This document shows positions 1 through 10,516 of a stretch of DNA of 58,438 bases, one piece after another. A model generated the notes under the pieces. The model saw only the letters and a program-made list of their open reading frames with translations, searched no databases and was not told where the DNA came from. The translations under genes and the position numbers were made by a program. Origin of the DNA: a virus (Duplodnaviria > Caudoviricetes); the IMG/VR virus record IMGVR_UViG_3300037311_000064, positions 1-58,438 of that record; one strand, written 5' to 3'. Each line of letters begins with the position of its first letter. The first letter of the stretch is position 1.

Positions 1-1738
1 TTAAGGCTTCTGCAGCCTGACGAGCTTCCGAAGTGCCTGTCACATATACAGGGTAATCATCTCCGGTGACTCTAGGTATCGTAGGCGTATTATCTACGAA
101 GTTTATTAAAGATCCCGACTGGTGAGCCTTTTGAAAGATATAAGAGGCGTCAATAAGTAAACTTGAGTTATTCGGTCTACTATTATACTGAACCGGACCT
201 TCTTGATCCGCTCTACCAAAGTTTAGCAGAAATAATCCAGGTTGATTAGGGAACTGAGAGGCATCGCTTAAAGCTAGGGTAGGGCTAATAGTACCCTCAT
301 CGATTTGTACCGTCGTGGTAGCTACTCGACCTGTCACGGTGAAAAGTTGACCAGTTGGATCAAAGATGTAAGCGGAAGGGTAGGTAGGAATGATGATGTC
401 TGGATCTTCTTGTAAAGCAGTGGAAAAACCAAGAACCGCGTTGGCTGTGCCACCAGTAATTTGGTACTCCATTGCGCCTTCTCGGGTTCTAAGGCCTACC
501 TTGTTTCGTTGCTGCCGTGCGTCATAAAAGGCTTCTAAGAAAGGTACCTGAGCGTTGATGACTCGTGAGACTTCCTCTGCAGTGGCAGCGGTTTGATCGG
601 CGAAGTCGGTCGCATGGTTGAAGGTCACAGTATATGGTATAGAGTCTACTGTCAACAATAAAGTTGAGGACGGTCCTGTGAAGTTAAAGGTCTGAGAGTT
701 TGAGAAGATCTCAGTTTTTGTTTCTTTAGGGTGAGCAGAACCTTGTAGCTTTCTTCTAAGAACTGGAACAGAAGAAGGAATCCTTACGACGATCTCGTTG
801 GGATTAACTTCATACACCGCAGCACGGACTTCTGTCTGTTTATCTAAGATAAAGTTTAATCTGGACAAACCGTTTGCTGAACCACCAAGAACTTGAATAC
901 TACCTTGAAGCCCAGGAGTGTTTGTTCTTAAGTTGAGTTTGTTACCAGTCAATGGGTCGATAAACACTGATGCTGTAATATTCTTGTTGTGCTCAGGATC
1001 GTTGTTGATCGCGTTTGTGATCTCTTGTGCTGTAGCCGCTGCTAGATTATTAAATAGGTTTGGCTTAAACCTAATCTTCCTTCGATCTCGACCATTATCA
1101 ATCTCGTACTCCAACTCTAGTACATTTGCTACAACCGCAGTAACGCCAACAGATGTAGGCATGTTCGCTGGAACAGAGCTGATCAACAGGTTGTTGTTAT
1201 CAATAACCGCAGAAACCTTAACATACTGATCGCCTGCTGCGCTCGTAGGTTTAATGTACTGGCCTGGTTGAACTTCAGTAAGAAATGCAGTGCCAGAACC
1301 TACGACTCGATCTGATCCTCGATTGAAAGTTAAAGTTCCAGTCAAAGGTAAAATATCAGCTAAGTTGTAAGGTTCGTTGTTCTGACTGTTAATGTTAGGT
1401 CTAGTAAAACCTGCACCCCAGAAAACATCAAGAAGGGCAATAATAGTTTGACGAACTTGTTTTGGAAAATAAGAAAGAACCGGAACTAGATTTCTAAAGT
1501 CTGAATCCTCGATTCCAAGTTCTGCAGTTCTACTTACGCCGACATTGTTTGCGAGAAAATCTAGATATCGATCAGAAGCTTTTGTAACATAGATCTGATC
1601 TTTGGCCTCTTTAAGCTGTACGACTACATCATCATCCGATATACCCCACGCCTTTAAAAGACCGCCAATCATTGTATTGACTTCCGGTCTATAAAGCGAA
1701 GGGATAGATTTTACTAGTCGTTTAAACTTATCGCTCAT
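1..1738 (-). CDS. Baseplate wedge protein (P2 gpI / T4 gp7-like N-terminus plus extra domains), 3' end runs off the window
   Basis: Not in the ORF track. ATG at 1738-1736; the parts I translated read MSDKFKRLVKSIPSLYRPEVNTMIGGLLKAWG...YLDFLANNVGVSR...DSDFRNLV and the frame is still open at base 1 (...DYPVYVTGTSEARQAAEAL). Directly follows the baseplate J gene and shares its ATAQE-x-x-x-AIN repeats. Confidence 0.75.
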   Translation of the reverse strand, partial: MSDKFKRLVKSIPSLYRPEVNTMIGGLLKAWGISDDDVVVQLKEAKDQIYVTKASDRYLDFLANNVGVSRTAELGIEDSDFRNLVPVLSYFPKQVRQTIIALLDVFWGAGFTRPNINSQNNEPYNLADILPLTGTLTFNRGSDRVVGSGTAFLTEVQPGQYIKPTSAAGDQYVKVSAVIDNNNLLISSVPANMPTSVGVTAVVANVLELEYEIDNGRDRRKIRFKPNLFNNLAAATAQEITNAINNDPEHNKNITASVFIDPLTGNKLNLRTNTPGLQGSIQVLGGSANGLSRLNFILDKQTEVRAAVYEVNPNEIVVRIPSSVPVLRRKLQGSAHPKETKTEIFSNSQTFNFTGPSSTLLLTVDSIPYTVTFNHATDFADQTAATAEEVSRVINAQVPFLEAFYDARQQRNKVGLRTREGAMEYQITGGTANAVLGFSTALQEDPDIIIPTYPSAYIFDPTGQLFTVTGRVATTTVQIDEGTISPTLALSDASQFPNQPGLFLLNFGRADQEGPVQYNSRPNNSSLLIDASYIFQKAHQSGSLINFVDNTPTIPRVTGDDYPVYVTGTSEARQAAEAL

Positions 1739-1740
1739 AA

Positions 1741-4700
1741 TTACCCGATGATTAAGTCTTCGTCAGCAAGGCGAGCTAACTCACCATCTGCAACAACGAT
1801 GTTCTCAGTGTGATTAGTGACCTTGACATCAAAGATTCCGTTTACGGATTGGGCTGCAGCTACGATCTCCGACAACACGACATCTTGACCAACTCTACGA
1901 GAGTTTACATATCCAAGAATTGCGCTTGATACCTGATTTAGTACTGAAGACAAGCTGACACCTTCGTCTGTCGTAATGTCTACGATCAAACGAACATTGA
2001 TCAAAACAGGAGGGATAACTTCAAATTGTGTTCCTGCTGCTCCGATACCTGGGAAGTTTGATGGGTCTCTGTCAAGGCCGTCAATAGTCCACTGTGCCAA
2101 CTGGATCAATCCAGTGTAGTACTTATAGCCGTCTGTTCCTTCGATTTGAAGTCTTTCAAAATTCAAACCATTGAAGTCCACGATGGCTCCAAGCCGTTCA
2201 GAAGTGTAACCTGAAACATCAATAACCGCATTAGCACTGTCAACCAAGTTGATAGTGTAAGGTGCAGTTGAACCTGTGATGTTTGCAATAAAAGCCAAAC
2301 GGTTGATTGCAAACTTATCACTTGCAGCAATCTCATTTGGTGCAGCGTCTACTAGAACAAACTCACCAGTAGTATTATCGTAACTTGCAATTTCAGACTT
2401 ATGTCCGGCATTCAAGCCAGAGGTAAACTCAAGCTCAAGACCGTCAAAGTATGCAGGTAAAGCTGTAATAAAGGCCGCAGAAGTAAAAGTATCATAAGGA
2501 GCTGCGTTGTCTCCAACAGTCACGCTTCCTGCCGCTCTAAGGTTAACTGGCAGACCTTTAGCCAAACCAGCGATAGAGTTTACAGTCACATCGTTAGTAG
2601 GTGCGCCTGCGACAATACTTTGAATTGCAATATCAATTGAGTTCGCAGTTCCGCCAGAAACAAAAACCTTACCAAGTGACCCTGCAGTCTTAGTAACCAA
2701 CTGTACGAAGTCACCACTGATACCAGTCACTTCTGGATCGATAGCTGTGGAGATTGTAGTGATGTTCAAATCTTGTAAATGCTTAGCGATGTTTTCTGCA
2801 GTTCTTGGAACCAAAGCAAAAGAATCACCAACCGAAGAAGCTCCTACTACAGCAGGGAATACATCGGCTACTGTGAATTGTCCAGTAGTACCGTTATAGC
2901 CAGTAACTCTTTGTAAGCGACCTTCAAGTAATCCACTAGTCCAGTAAACCCAGAAGTCATTGAAGTAATCATCATCTGGATAGCTAGATACAAGTCCAAA
3001 AGCTGTAAATGTACCGCTTCCGCCTGTAGTCACGCTTCCGCTTATAGACATAGGAACTACGAAGGTCTTATTAACTACATCACCGTCACCGATCACCACA
3101 AGTGATTGATTTGGTCCAAGTGTGTAACCCAAAGCTCCATCTAAACCTTGCCGATCTGAGTTATTAGAAAGTGAGAAGGCCAAGTTAGCTTCTTGGTTTA
3201 CTTGCTCATCCGTTGAGAAGTTTAAGATCAAATTAGCTGAACCGCCAATGACCTGAATAGCTCCATCTGCCGAGAAAGAAGTGGTCTGAAGTCTAACGGC
3301 GTTATTTACTTCTTTTAGCTTTGCGACACCGCCGAGAAGCTGACTGTTGATAGCATCAACTACTTCTTGTGCTGTAGCATTAGCAGGATCAGCAAAATCA
3401 ACTGCGTGATTAAATGTAAGAACTTGAGAAAGAACGAACTTATCGCCATTAACGATAGGATCTGTAACAGGAGTTCCTACGAAACTGATTTGGCCTGATA
3501 CTGGGTTATAACCAGATACAGTTGCGGTTTGTCCAATGTTGCTACCACTAGTAAACTCTAAGTGGAATCCAATGAAGAAACCTGAAGGATAATTTTTAAG
3601 CTGTTCAGAAACCAAGCTATCGTAAGGAGAAATTAGATCTCCTGTAGCAACAGAACCAACAAACCCCTTGTTCATTCTTACGATGAGCGTAGAAGAACCC
3701 AGACCAAAGTTGAAAGTCTCTGGCAGAGAGTCCACAAAAGCTCTAGTGTTAATAGAACCGATTGTCAAGGTATCGTTCTCTTGAAGAGGTGATAAAAGCT
3801 CAATCTGACCGTTAGATCTATTTAAGATGTAATCTCGGTTAGTTCCTTGCGAGATGTTTCCAAGATTGATTCGACTTGCTGCACCAGAAGCGTTTGAACC
3901 TCTGTATCCTTCTTTCAGGTATGCGATGGTATCACTTTCTATAGTCTCTACTTTAGTCCAAGAACCTTTACCATGAAGATTAAGTTTAATCCACTGACCT
4001 TCAACAAGATCGCTTAGGAATTGAGTCCCTACTCCAGTTACAACTTTAGAGCCACCAGTAAAGGTGATTGTTCCGGTGATCGGAGATGAATTACAAAATC
4101 CTAATTCTAATGCGGCTCCGCCGCCGATGATTCTCATAGAGGAAGCTGCGCTGTTTTCAACCTCTGAGATCAAGCTCATGCGAGTTGAATTCACTGCGAG
4201 CTGAACCTTAGATTGATGAATCTCAATGTCTGTGCGGCCTACAACCTCTGACGCCAAAGCTTGGTTTGCGTTGGAAAAATCGTTTGGTCCAAAACTGACC
4301 AGCTCTGTATCATCATCTTCACCGTTTGAAGCAACTTCAAGTTGCGGAGAGTTCCAGATAACAAGATCACCTGAGCCAGATCCACCAATAGGATAGTTAG
4401 TTGCCAGGATTAGTTTTTGAGCATCTACGATAGTTTGAACCTTTGTATAAAAGATATCTGGGTCTGTAGACAATTTTACATAATCGCCTGGGTGAATGTT
4501 CTCAAGAATAGAATTAACACCGATACCAGGGGCGCTCTTAGAAACGATACGCTGACCTGAAGCCAAAGTAAAATCGCCATCCGTAGTTGTGGTCACAGTA
4601 GTAGAAAGATCAAACGGCTGAGCATCACTGATGACAGAGGCCGTAGTTCCATCTTTAGATAATAGTTTATCGTTTTTGTACAGCTTAGCTGTGAATACGG

Positions 4701-6096
4701 TTTTGGTATTAAAGTTAAAAGCTGGCTGGGCTGTAGAAGCTTCTGAGATAGAGCACTCTTCGTTTGTACGAGCAATAGGAGTGATGAAGATCTTTCTCAA
4801 AGAGCCTTCAGTAATAGTTCGAGCCTCGATGAGGTTAGAACGCTTATTGATAGCTTGAGAAACTTCTACTGCTTTTGCTTTACCAGGAGTTCTAAAGTCT
4901 GAAGAAACGAAAGTGAAAACCTCTTCTTCATTTCCGACCTTAGTGATAAGAGTCTCTCCACCAACCAAGTTAAATGGCTCGCCAAGTTGAGAGATAAGGT
5001 TAGCCTTTACAAGAGGGAATTGCTGTAGCTGAAAGAAAGTCTCTCCGCCTGTAGCTTTGCTGATCAAAGTTTCAAGACCAGTGGGAGCGAGTTCTGGCTC
5101 TAATCCCCTACCGTTATCGATATAAACCTTTGTGGGGCCGTCAGCCAAGATAACTGGAGGAATAATGTTAGCAGATACGATTCGAGAGTTGGAGTTTGGA
5201 TCTACGATTCCGATGATTCGAGTTCGAATAGAATCTGAAGTTCCACGAGAGAGTGACTGAATAGTGTTTCTGATTCGGTCACGAAGCTCTTGATCGGACT
5301 CAACATCTCGACCATTTACAAACGGAAGTGGGTTTGTAACCACTGCTCCTGTAAAAGGCTCATTAACAAACTCGATGATAGAGTCAGAAGGGACAGTGAA
5401 AGCTCCAGATTGGATAGCTGTGACAAGCACATTATCAATTCTGTTCTCACCATCCAAAAGCGTTACTTCTTGGTTTAACTCAAAAAGAACTGCTTCGCTA
5501 AAATCGTTAGCAGGAATCCTGACCTCTGTTCCAGCAGGGATACTTCTATCGCCAAATTGAGCAAGGATAACTGTTTCATCTGTGCCGTGGTCCTTTGTGA
5601 ATGTTGTGTCTAATGTGATGGTCCAGTAAGCGCCATTGTTAACAGGTGCAGTAGAGTAAGCGATGATGGACTCTGCGTTGGCAGAACCTCGACCTACATA
5701 AACTGCTCCGGTCGCAGGGAATGAAGATGCATCATCTACATTTACGGTGTTCGATCCTGCTGTAGGTCCTGGTAGACCTGCGTAGATCTTGCTTGATATT
5801 TTATTAAAACGAGTATCGATTACGGCAATATAACCGCTGTGGGGTTGAGCTTGCAGTCGTGTTAAACCAAACTCTCTGGCTCGATTATCAAGATCAGTAC
5901 CAGTTGTAGTATCTAGGTTGTAACCTAGAATGATCTCCAGCATTGCTACATACTGTTGGAAATCTTCTTGGGCTGCTGCTTCAAGTAAAGTTAATATTAC
6001 GGAGCCAGGTGTGAAGTCGTTGATAGGCGTATTGGCCGAAACCATCGCGGCCATCCCAGCTACTATTTCTCCAGGTGCTTTAGGTGTGAAAGCCAT
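1741..6096 (-). CDS. Baseplate J / gp6-like wedge protein with a large multi-domain insertion (1451 aa)
   Basis: N-terminal DFTPGSVILTLLEA, TGTDLDNRAREFGLTR and GRDVESDQELRDRI motifs and C-terminal IGQDV-like (VGQDVVLSEIV...VNGIFDV) segment typical of baseplate J; position after gp25-like gene. Confidence 0.85.
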   Translation of the reverse strand: MAFTPKAPGEIVAGMAAMVSANTPINDFTPGSVILTLLEAAAQEDFQQYVAMLEIILGYNLDTTTGTDLDNRAREFGLTRLQAQPHSGYIAVIDTRFNKISSKIYAGLPGPTAGSNTVNVDDASSFPATGAVYVGRGSANAESIIAYSTAPVNNGAYWTITLDTTFTKDHGTDETVILAQFGDRSIPAGTEVRIPANDFSEAVLFELNQEVTLLDGENRIDNVLVTAIQSGAFTVPSDSIIEFVNEPFTGAVVTNPLPFVNGRDVESDQELRDRIRNTIQSLSRGTSDSIRTRIIGIVDPNSNSRIVSANIIPPVILADGPTKVYIDNGRGLEPELAPTGLETLISKATGGETFFQLQQFPLVKANLISQLGEPFNLVGGETLITKVGNEEEVFTFVSSDFRTPGKAKAVEVSQAINKRSNLIEARTITEGSLRKIFITPIARTNEECSISEASTAQPAFNFNTKTVFTAKLYKNDKLLSKDGTTASVISDAQPFDLSTTVTTTTDGDFTLASGQRIVSKSAPGIGVNSILENIHPGDYVKLSTDPDIFYTKVQTIVDAQKLILATNYPIGGSGSGDLVIWNSPQLEVASNGEDDDTELVSFGPNDFSNANQALASEVVGRTDIEIHQSKVQLAVNSTRMSLISEVENSAASSMRIIGGGAALELGFCNSSPITGTITFTGGSKVVTGVGTQFLSDLVEGQWIKLNLHGKGSWTKVETIESDTIAYLKEGYRGSNASGAASRINLGNISQGTNRDYILNRSNGQIELLSPLQENDTLTIGSINTRAFVDSLPETFNFGLGSSTLIVRMNKGFVGSVATGDLISPYDSLVSEQLKNYPSGFFIGFHLEFTSGSNIGQTATVSGYNPVSGQISFVGTPVTDPIVNGDKFVLSQVLTFNHAVDFADPANATAQEVVDAINSQLLGGVAKLKEVNNAVRLQTTSFSADGAIQVIGGSANLILNFSTDEQVNQEANLAFSLSNNSDRQGLDGALGYTLGPNQSLVVIGDGDVVNKTFVVPMSISGSVTTGGSGTFTAFGLVSSYPDDDYFNDFWVYWTSGLLEGRLQRVTGYNGTTGQFTVADVFPAVVGASSVGDSFALVPRTAENIAKHLQDLNITTISTAIDPEVTGISGDFVQLVTKTAGSLGKVFVSGGTANSIDIAIQSIVAGAPTNDVTVNSIAGLAKGLPVNLRAAGSVTVGDNAAPYDTFTSAAFITALPAYFDGLELEFTSGLNAGHKSEIASYDNTTGEFVLVDAAPNEIAASDKFAINRLAFIANITGSTAPYTINLVDSANAVIDVSGYTSERLGAIVDFNGLNFERLQIEGTDGYKYYTGLIQLAQWTIDGLDRDPSNFPGIGAAGTQFEVIPPVLINVRLIVDITTDEGVSLSSVLNQVSSAILGYVNSRRVGQDVVLSEIVAAAQSVNGIFDVKVTNHTENIVVADGELARLADEDLIIG

Positions 6097-6097
6097 A

Positions 6098-6517
6098 TTA
6101 CTCCACTAACGCCAGTTGCACTGGCACTTCAAGATCAGTATTCCTTAGTCTAACAAAGATGTCAAGTACATAGGTGCCTCCTAGTACTGACACATTTACT
6201 CGGGCACTTTCAAATCTTGGATCTGTCAAGATCGAATTCAAAGCCGAAGTTTTTATTGCAAAAGCATCTTTAGTCTTTTCGCCTATTTGTAAGGTAGTCC
6301 CAATGTTGGGATGAAAAGGTAAAGAGCCTTGTTCAATTTCTAACTTAAGTCTTAGAGCTTGACCTGCGTTTGGAGCGCCTGCTACGAGCTTTAGATCTTT
6401 GAGATTGCTCATCTCTAAGTCGCCGTCACCGTTGATCTTTAAGTCAACGCCAAGCTCTTTCTCAGTTTGAGACAAGCCCTTAGTTATATTATATTGTCTA
6501 TTTCTTAGAACGCCCAT
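6098..6517 (-). CDS. gp25-like baseplate wedge / sheath initiator
   Basis: 139 aa, GDL...AGQAL.L.L...GSLPFHPNIG...DPRF pattern; sits immediately before baseplate J. Confidence 0.75.
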   Translation of the reverse strand: MGVLRNRQYNITKGLSQTEKELGVDLKINGDGDLEMSNLKDLKLVAGAPNAGQALRLKLEIEQGSLPFHPNIGTTLQIGEKTKDAFAIKTSALNSILTDPRFESARVNVSVLGGTYVLDIFVRLRNTDLEVPVQLALVE

Positions 6518-8277
6518 TAATTATTACCTATCAAAAGCTTTTCGCCAGGAATCTTTACCCCATCAGCTTTCGTTTCAGCGATATAAGGGTACTTCAGGTT
6601 GTTTAAAACTGCCAAATCAGGCCAGCGCAGAACATCACCATAAGCTCGAAGTGCGATCTTCTCCAAGGTGTCTCCTTGCTCGATAGTGACCTCTCTGACT
6701 GTTGCAGGAGCCTGAAAGTCCACGATGTTCTTAAGTAAGGCTTGTCTGTCTTCGAAGTCATCCTGAATATCTTGCTGGAATAGATTGTTAGTCGCTAACA
6801 CTTGATCTAATGCCGCTACAAGCCTTTGAGTAGAGCCTAGCAGCAAGTATTCCTCAGAGGTCGCAGTCTTTAAAGGGTTAGCAATGATCGTAGGAGTTCG
6901 GTTCTGAATGGTGTCGTAATCTTCGTTTCCTAGATTAAGAGCATCAGCAATATCGTCTGCCAAGCTTTTGGCCTGGTCACGCAGGTCTTGCACATACGCT
7001 TTAGGTAAGGGTTCTTGAGCAGATTGCTCAAGTGTTGTTACCGAAGTTCTAATGAAGTTTTCTGCCTGCGCATCAGAGAGTAGCTTGTTAGAAGTAAAGC
7101 TGTCAGTTACGCCTCGCTGAGATATAACCCCTTGACTGACTACTCCAGAAGAAGCAGAAAACCCACTAGAGTTAGCTTGCACAGTATTTATTAGTGTTGC
7201 ATCTTTAATAAGGTTTTCAATAGTTTGATCAAACCTAGCTTCTTCAATTGAGAGTAAAGATTCATTTAAGTTTCGTCGTAAAGCTGCAGAGCTAGTAAGT
7301 ACATTCTTTCTGGCTTCGGCAACATCTTTTAAAGCGGTACCCAGCAGTCGCAGCGGATTGATAAAAGTCTTATCGATCTCCTGCGAGATAGATTGTACTA
7401 ACTGGTTCGTTGCTCCTACAGCGGCTCGAAACTGTTGAATAGCGGCTGTAGCGTTAGCAGATACATTGGCAATCTGATTTAAAAGAGAGTCAGGAGTAGG
7501 TTTGCTTTTAGCTTTTGATTCTAACGCTGCATCAAGAACGCCGATACATTTTAAAACGATTCTATATTGATACTGCATTGGAGCTTTTGAATTACGCTCC
7601 ATGACGAACTCAAGCGGCTCAACTAGCAGAGCTTGTTGATCTTTTTCGTTAATGAATACTAAAAACAGATCACCACGAGCTTGAACTTTCTCCTCAGAGT
7701 ACTGAACAAAGAAAGCTCTAAGAGATAGAAACTCTTCATAACCAGAGACTACAGTAGAAGATCCAGACTTACCATCACTAGACACTCCGCCTTTTCTAGA
7801 AGGTGGAGCCGTGAAGTCGCTAAAGTTTGCTTGAGCGCCTCCAAATGAATCGCGCTTTCCAGGAAATACTCCAGTAGTACCTTGAATGATAATGTCTTTA
7901 AAAACAATACCTTCGGACTCAACTATCACGCCCCTGCGAGTCGCTTGAATATTTGTGGCGAAGTTTTCCTTTTGAGTGATCGCTTGTGGAGGGATGTCAA
8001 GGTAATATGTGGGTGCGCCGGATAAAGAGCCGCCGTTTACAGCACCGTTTAATTGGGATAGGGAGATCTTTCGAAAACCGTAGCGAAGCCTTTGCTCACC
8101 TGTTCGGTTGTTGTTTCCAGTCCACTTGGTAGCATCGAATCCAGGTAAGTACTTGGATCTATTAACTAAAGCAGCTTTACCAGAGCCGCCAGGATTGGCT
8201 CTGCCAAAAATATCATTTAAGGATTTTGTGAAGTCCTCGACTATCTTGCCAAAAGGACCAAACTGTGGAAACGCCAT
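6517..8277 (-). CDS. Baseplate / tube-initiator protein with C-terminal LysM domain
   Basis: C-terminal TIEQGDTLEKIALRAYGDVLRWPDLAVLNNL...IPGEKLLI is a LysM-type motif; baseplate context. Confidence 0.7.
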   Translation of the reverse strand: MAFPQFGPFGKIVEDFTKSLNDIFGRANPGGSGKAALVNRSKYLPGFDATKWTGNNNRTGEQRLRYGFRKISLSQLNGAVNGGSLSGAPTYYLDIPPQAITQKENFATNIQATRRGVIVESEGIVFKDIIIQGTTGVFPGKRDSFGGAQANFSDFTAPPSRKGGVSSDGKSGSSTVVSGYEEFLSLRAFFVQYSEEKVQARGDLFLVFINEKDQQALLVEPLEFVMERNSKAPMQYQYRIVLKCIGVLDAALESKAKSKPTPDSLLNQIANVSANATAAIQQFRAAVGATNQLVQSISQEIDKTFINPLRLLGTALKDVAEARKNVLTSSAALRRNLNESLLSIEEARFDQTIENLIKDATLINTVQANSSGFSASSGVVSQGVISQRGVTDSFTSNKLLSDAQAENFIRTSVTTLEQSAQEPLPKAYVQDLRDQAKSLADDIADALNLGNEDYDTIQNRTPTIIANPLKTATSEEYLLLGSTQRLVAALDQVLATNNLFQQDIQDDFEDRQALLKNIVDFQAPATVREVTIEQGDTLEKIALRAYGDVLRWPDLAVLNNLKYPYIAETKADGVKIPGEKLLIGNN

Positions 8278-8325
8278 TATTTTCTTCCTATATTTTTATT
8301 TTTATCCCTTAAGAATACCACATCA

Positions 8326-9543
8326 TTAGGGGATAATGCTACTTAAAGCTGCGTTAGCCGACAGCAATCCGGCATTCAGCCCCTGTAAAGTTGTCTTTAC
8401 ACTTTTGGCATTTTCCAGCAAGCGTAGCGTTCCTCGCTGAGTATTACCTCTGTTATTTGCTATCTGATAGCGTTGCTCATAATAATCTTCAGTTTGCCCT
8501 GTATAAGCTGCCAGTATCTCGGCTAACCGAGCAGTCACCTGTCCAGACCTAGTACCCCTCTCTGACGCTAAAGAAGCCAAACCTGTGTTTGAGATATCTG
8601 TAGTCAGAAGGTAGTTCGTTAAAAAAGTGCTACTGGCGTTTATATTGCTAGCTGCAGAAGCCAGTTCCGCTACTGCATCTGGGTCATCGTTAGAGGTTAT
8701 AGCCGACAACTGATCATTTAGTTTACTAATTCGGTCATTTATTTTATCCTCAAGTAGACTAATTAAATAGTCCATAAGAGGTTGAAAATCGGGGTCCGAG
8801 GCTACTTTAGTAGTTCGTTCTGGATTAGTGAACCCTGTGAACGACTCCAGGTTAGCTCCTGCCGCGATGGTACCTGAAGGAGGTACGATTAGCTCAATAG
8901 TCAGGTTTAAACCGTATGGAGGAGGCGGTGGACTTACCACAGGGGTTGCCGTTAAAACCTTAACAACTGCCAAGTCTCCGCCATCGATGACCAAGAACAC
9001 GGTTCCTGCGACTATACCAGAGATAGGACTAGAAGCGTCCTCTAACTCTAGGGTTGTGCTAGTAGGAGTCAAAGCAGTCTTAGTTTCCAGAGTCATAGGG
9101 TAAGTGCCAGGACCATACCCATTTTGCAACACATCCTCAACATCTTCTTGATCTAGGATTAACTGCTGCTCATTGATAGGATCAGTGCTGGTGTATGCTG
9201 TGCCGTCGAACTCAGGAATACGAACTATATCTACGGCAGGTGGAGTAGGAGCGAGTCTGCCGCTGATGGGGTTACTTCCTACCGCTATGATGTCGGCTTC
9301 AACGACTGGGTTAACGATAAAGCTTCCGTTCAACGCCCTGCGTTCAGCATCATACTTTTTGATTATGGAGTCGTTGTAGTAATTAAACAACGCTTTGAAA
9401 GCGTCATCAACTTTTTGCTTTTGATCTATGATCGGATCTTGTAACGGCACGGAGTCAGCAATAGCATTTGACTGCGCAGTATTTCCTGCTACCTCTGCGT
9501 TTAATGCTGCTAATTGATCTGGAGTTGGAGTTGGTTTTGCCAT
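8326..9543 (-). CDS. Hypothetical baseplate-region virion protein (405 aa)
   Basis: Long ORF co-oriented and abutting the spike gene; helical N- and C-termini around a beta-rich core. Confidence 0.6.
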   Translation of the reverse strand: MAKPTPTPDQLAALNAEVAGNTAQSNAIADSVPLQDPIIDQKQKVDDAFKALFNYYNDSIIKKYDAERRALNGSFIVNPVVEADIIAVGSNPISGRLAPTPPAVDIVRIPEFDGTAYTSTDPINEQQLILDQEDVEDVLQNGYGPGTYPMTLETKTALTPTSTTLELEDASSPISGIVAGTVFLVIDGGDLAVVKVLTATPVVSPPPPPYGLNLTIELIVPPSGTIAAGANLESFTGFTNPERTTKVASDPDFQPLMDYLISLLEDKINDRISKLNDQLSAITSNDDPDAVAELASAASNINASSTFLTNYLLTTDISNTGLASLASERGTRSGQVTARLAEILAAYTGQTEDYYEQRYQIANNRGNTQRGTLRLLENAKSVKTTLQGLNAGLLSANAALSSIIP

Positions 9544-9544
9544 A

Positions 9545-10516
9545 TTAATCCTTCAACTTTACAGACTTGCTTAACAAAGAAGTTGGTGGAGGAACCGTTG
9601 GCGGCTGACTTGGAGTTGGGCCTCCAGGTCCAGGATTGTAGAGATGCGTGTGAGAGGTGAGCCATGAGATTAGTTGCGGTCCCAAAACTGCCAAAGCAGA
9701 AGCGCCAGTACCAACATCTACTAGATCGCCACTAAGTTCGATCTTTCCATCTTTGATCGTTACAATACTTGATCCAGCGGTAACAGTAACTTTTTTAGTA
9801 CCGTCGATTTCAACTTTTGTTCCGCCTTTCGTAGTAAAAGTAACCTTGTCTCCTTTACCGTCGTATGTAACCTTCAAACCAGTCTTGTATTCAAAATCAG
9901 TCTTTTCAGAAACAACATCGTGCTTCTGTTTTATAGTTCCCTTTTTCAAGTTGATATCAAGGCTTCCAGTTTTATCAAGCTTGATAAATGACGGCCCTGT
10001 ATCTTCAGCTTTTAACTTACCATCTGGATTATAAGGTGACTGATAGGTCACGGACCATTCGCCGTCTTTATTGATCTCTACTTTTACGCCACGAAACAAC
10101 TTCACATACCTAATACCGTCGTCCTTTTTAGCTCCTGGTTTTTTAGGATGCGTAATTGATCCCAGGATTACTGGGTCATTTATGTTTCCATTAAGGAATG
10201 ACACGACTACGATTGCACCATTTCTATTACCAAAGTTATTGGTGTTGTCGTTGGCACCTTTAAAAGCAAAATCAGCCGGTTCTAAGATCTCTTCCTCGTA
10301 GTCGTTAGCCCCATAGACAGAAGACATTCGTCGAGCAAATACATTACTAACTCCGCCTTTGCCGTTCTCTAAAGCAACTTCATATTGAACATAAGAGCCT
10401 CCAGAAGTATTCTCTTTAGAGTCTACCGGAATTACTCTTAACACTTGACCTCGCAAGAGCTGATTACCTATCGAGAAAGCTCCGCCTCCTCGTTGAGCGG
10501 CTACTTTATTGATCAC
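9545..10516 (-). CDS. Baseplate central spike (gpV/gp5-like OB fold plus beta-helix, His tip)
   Basis: GAIVVVSFLNGNINDPVILG OB-fold motif, beta-strand repeats, C-terminal SHTHLY..PG..PT metal-binding tip. Start moved to GTG at 10516 behind GAGGAGG. Confidence 0.75.
   Translation of the reverse strand: MINKVAAQRGGGAFSIGNQLLRGQVLRVIPVDSKENTSGGSYVQYEVALENGKGGVSNVFARRMSSVYGANDYEEEILEPADFAFKGANDNTNNFGNRNGAIVVVSFLNGNINDPVILGSITHPKKPGAKKDDGIRYVKLFRGVKVEINKDGEWSVTYQSPYNPDGKLKAEDTGPSFIKLDKTGSLDINLKKGTIKQKHDVVSEKTDFEYKTGLKVTYDGKGDKVTFTTKGGTKVEIDGTKKVTVTAGSSIVTIKDGKIELSGDLVDVGTGASALAVLGPQLISWLTSHTHLYNPGPGGPTPSQPPTVPPPTSLLSKSVKLKD

Noticed and set aside
918-1229. 103-aa plus-strand ORF
   Set aside because: Antisense to the open minus-strand baseplate gene 1-1738 that the track missed
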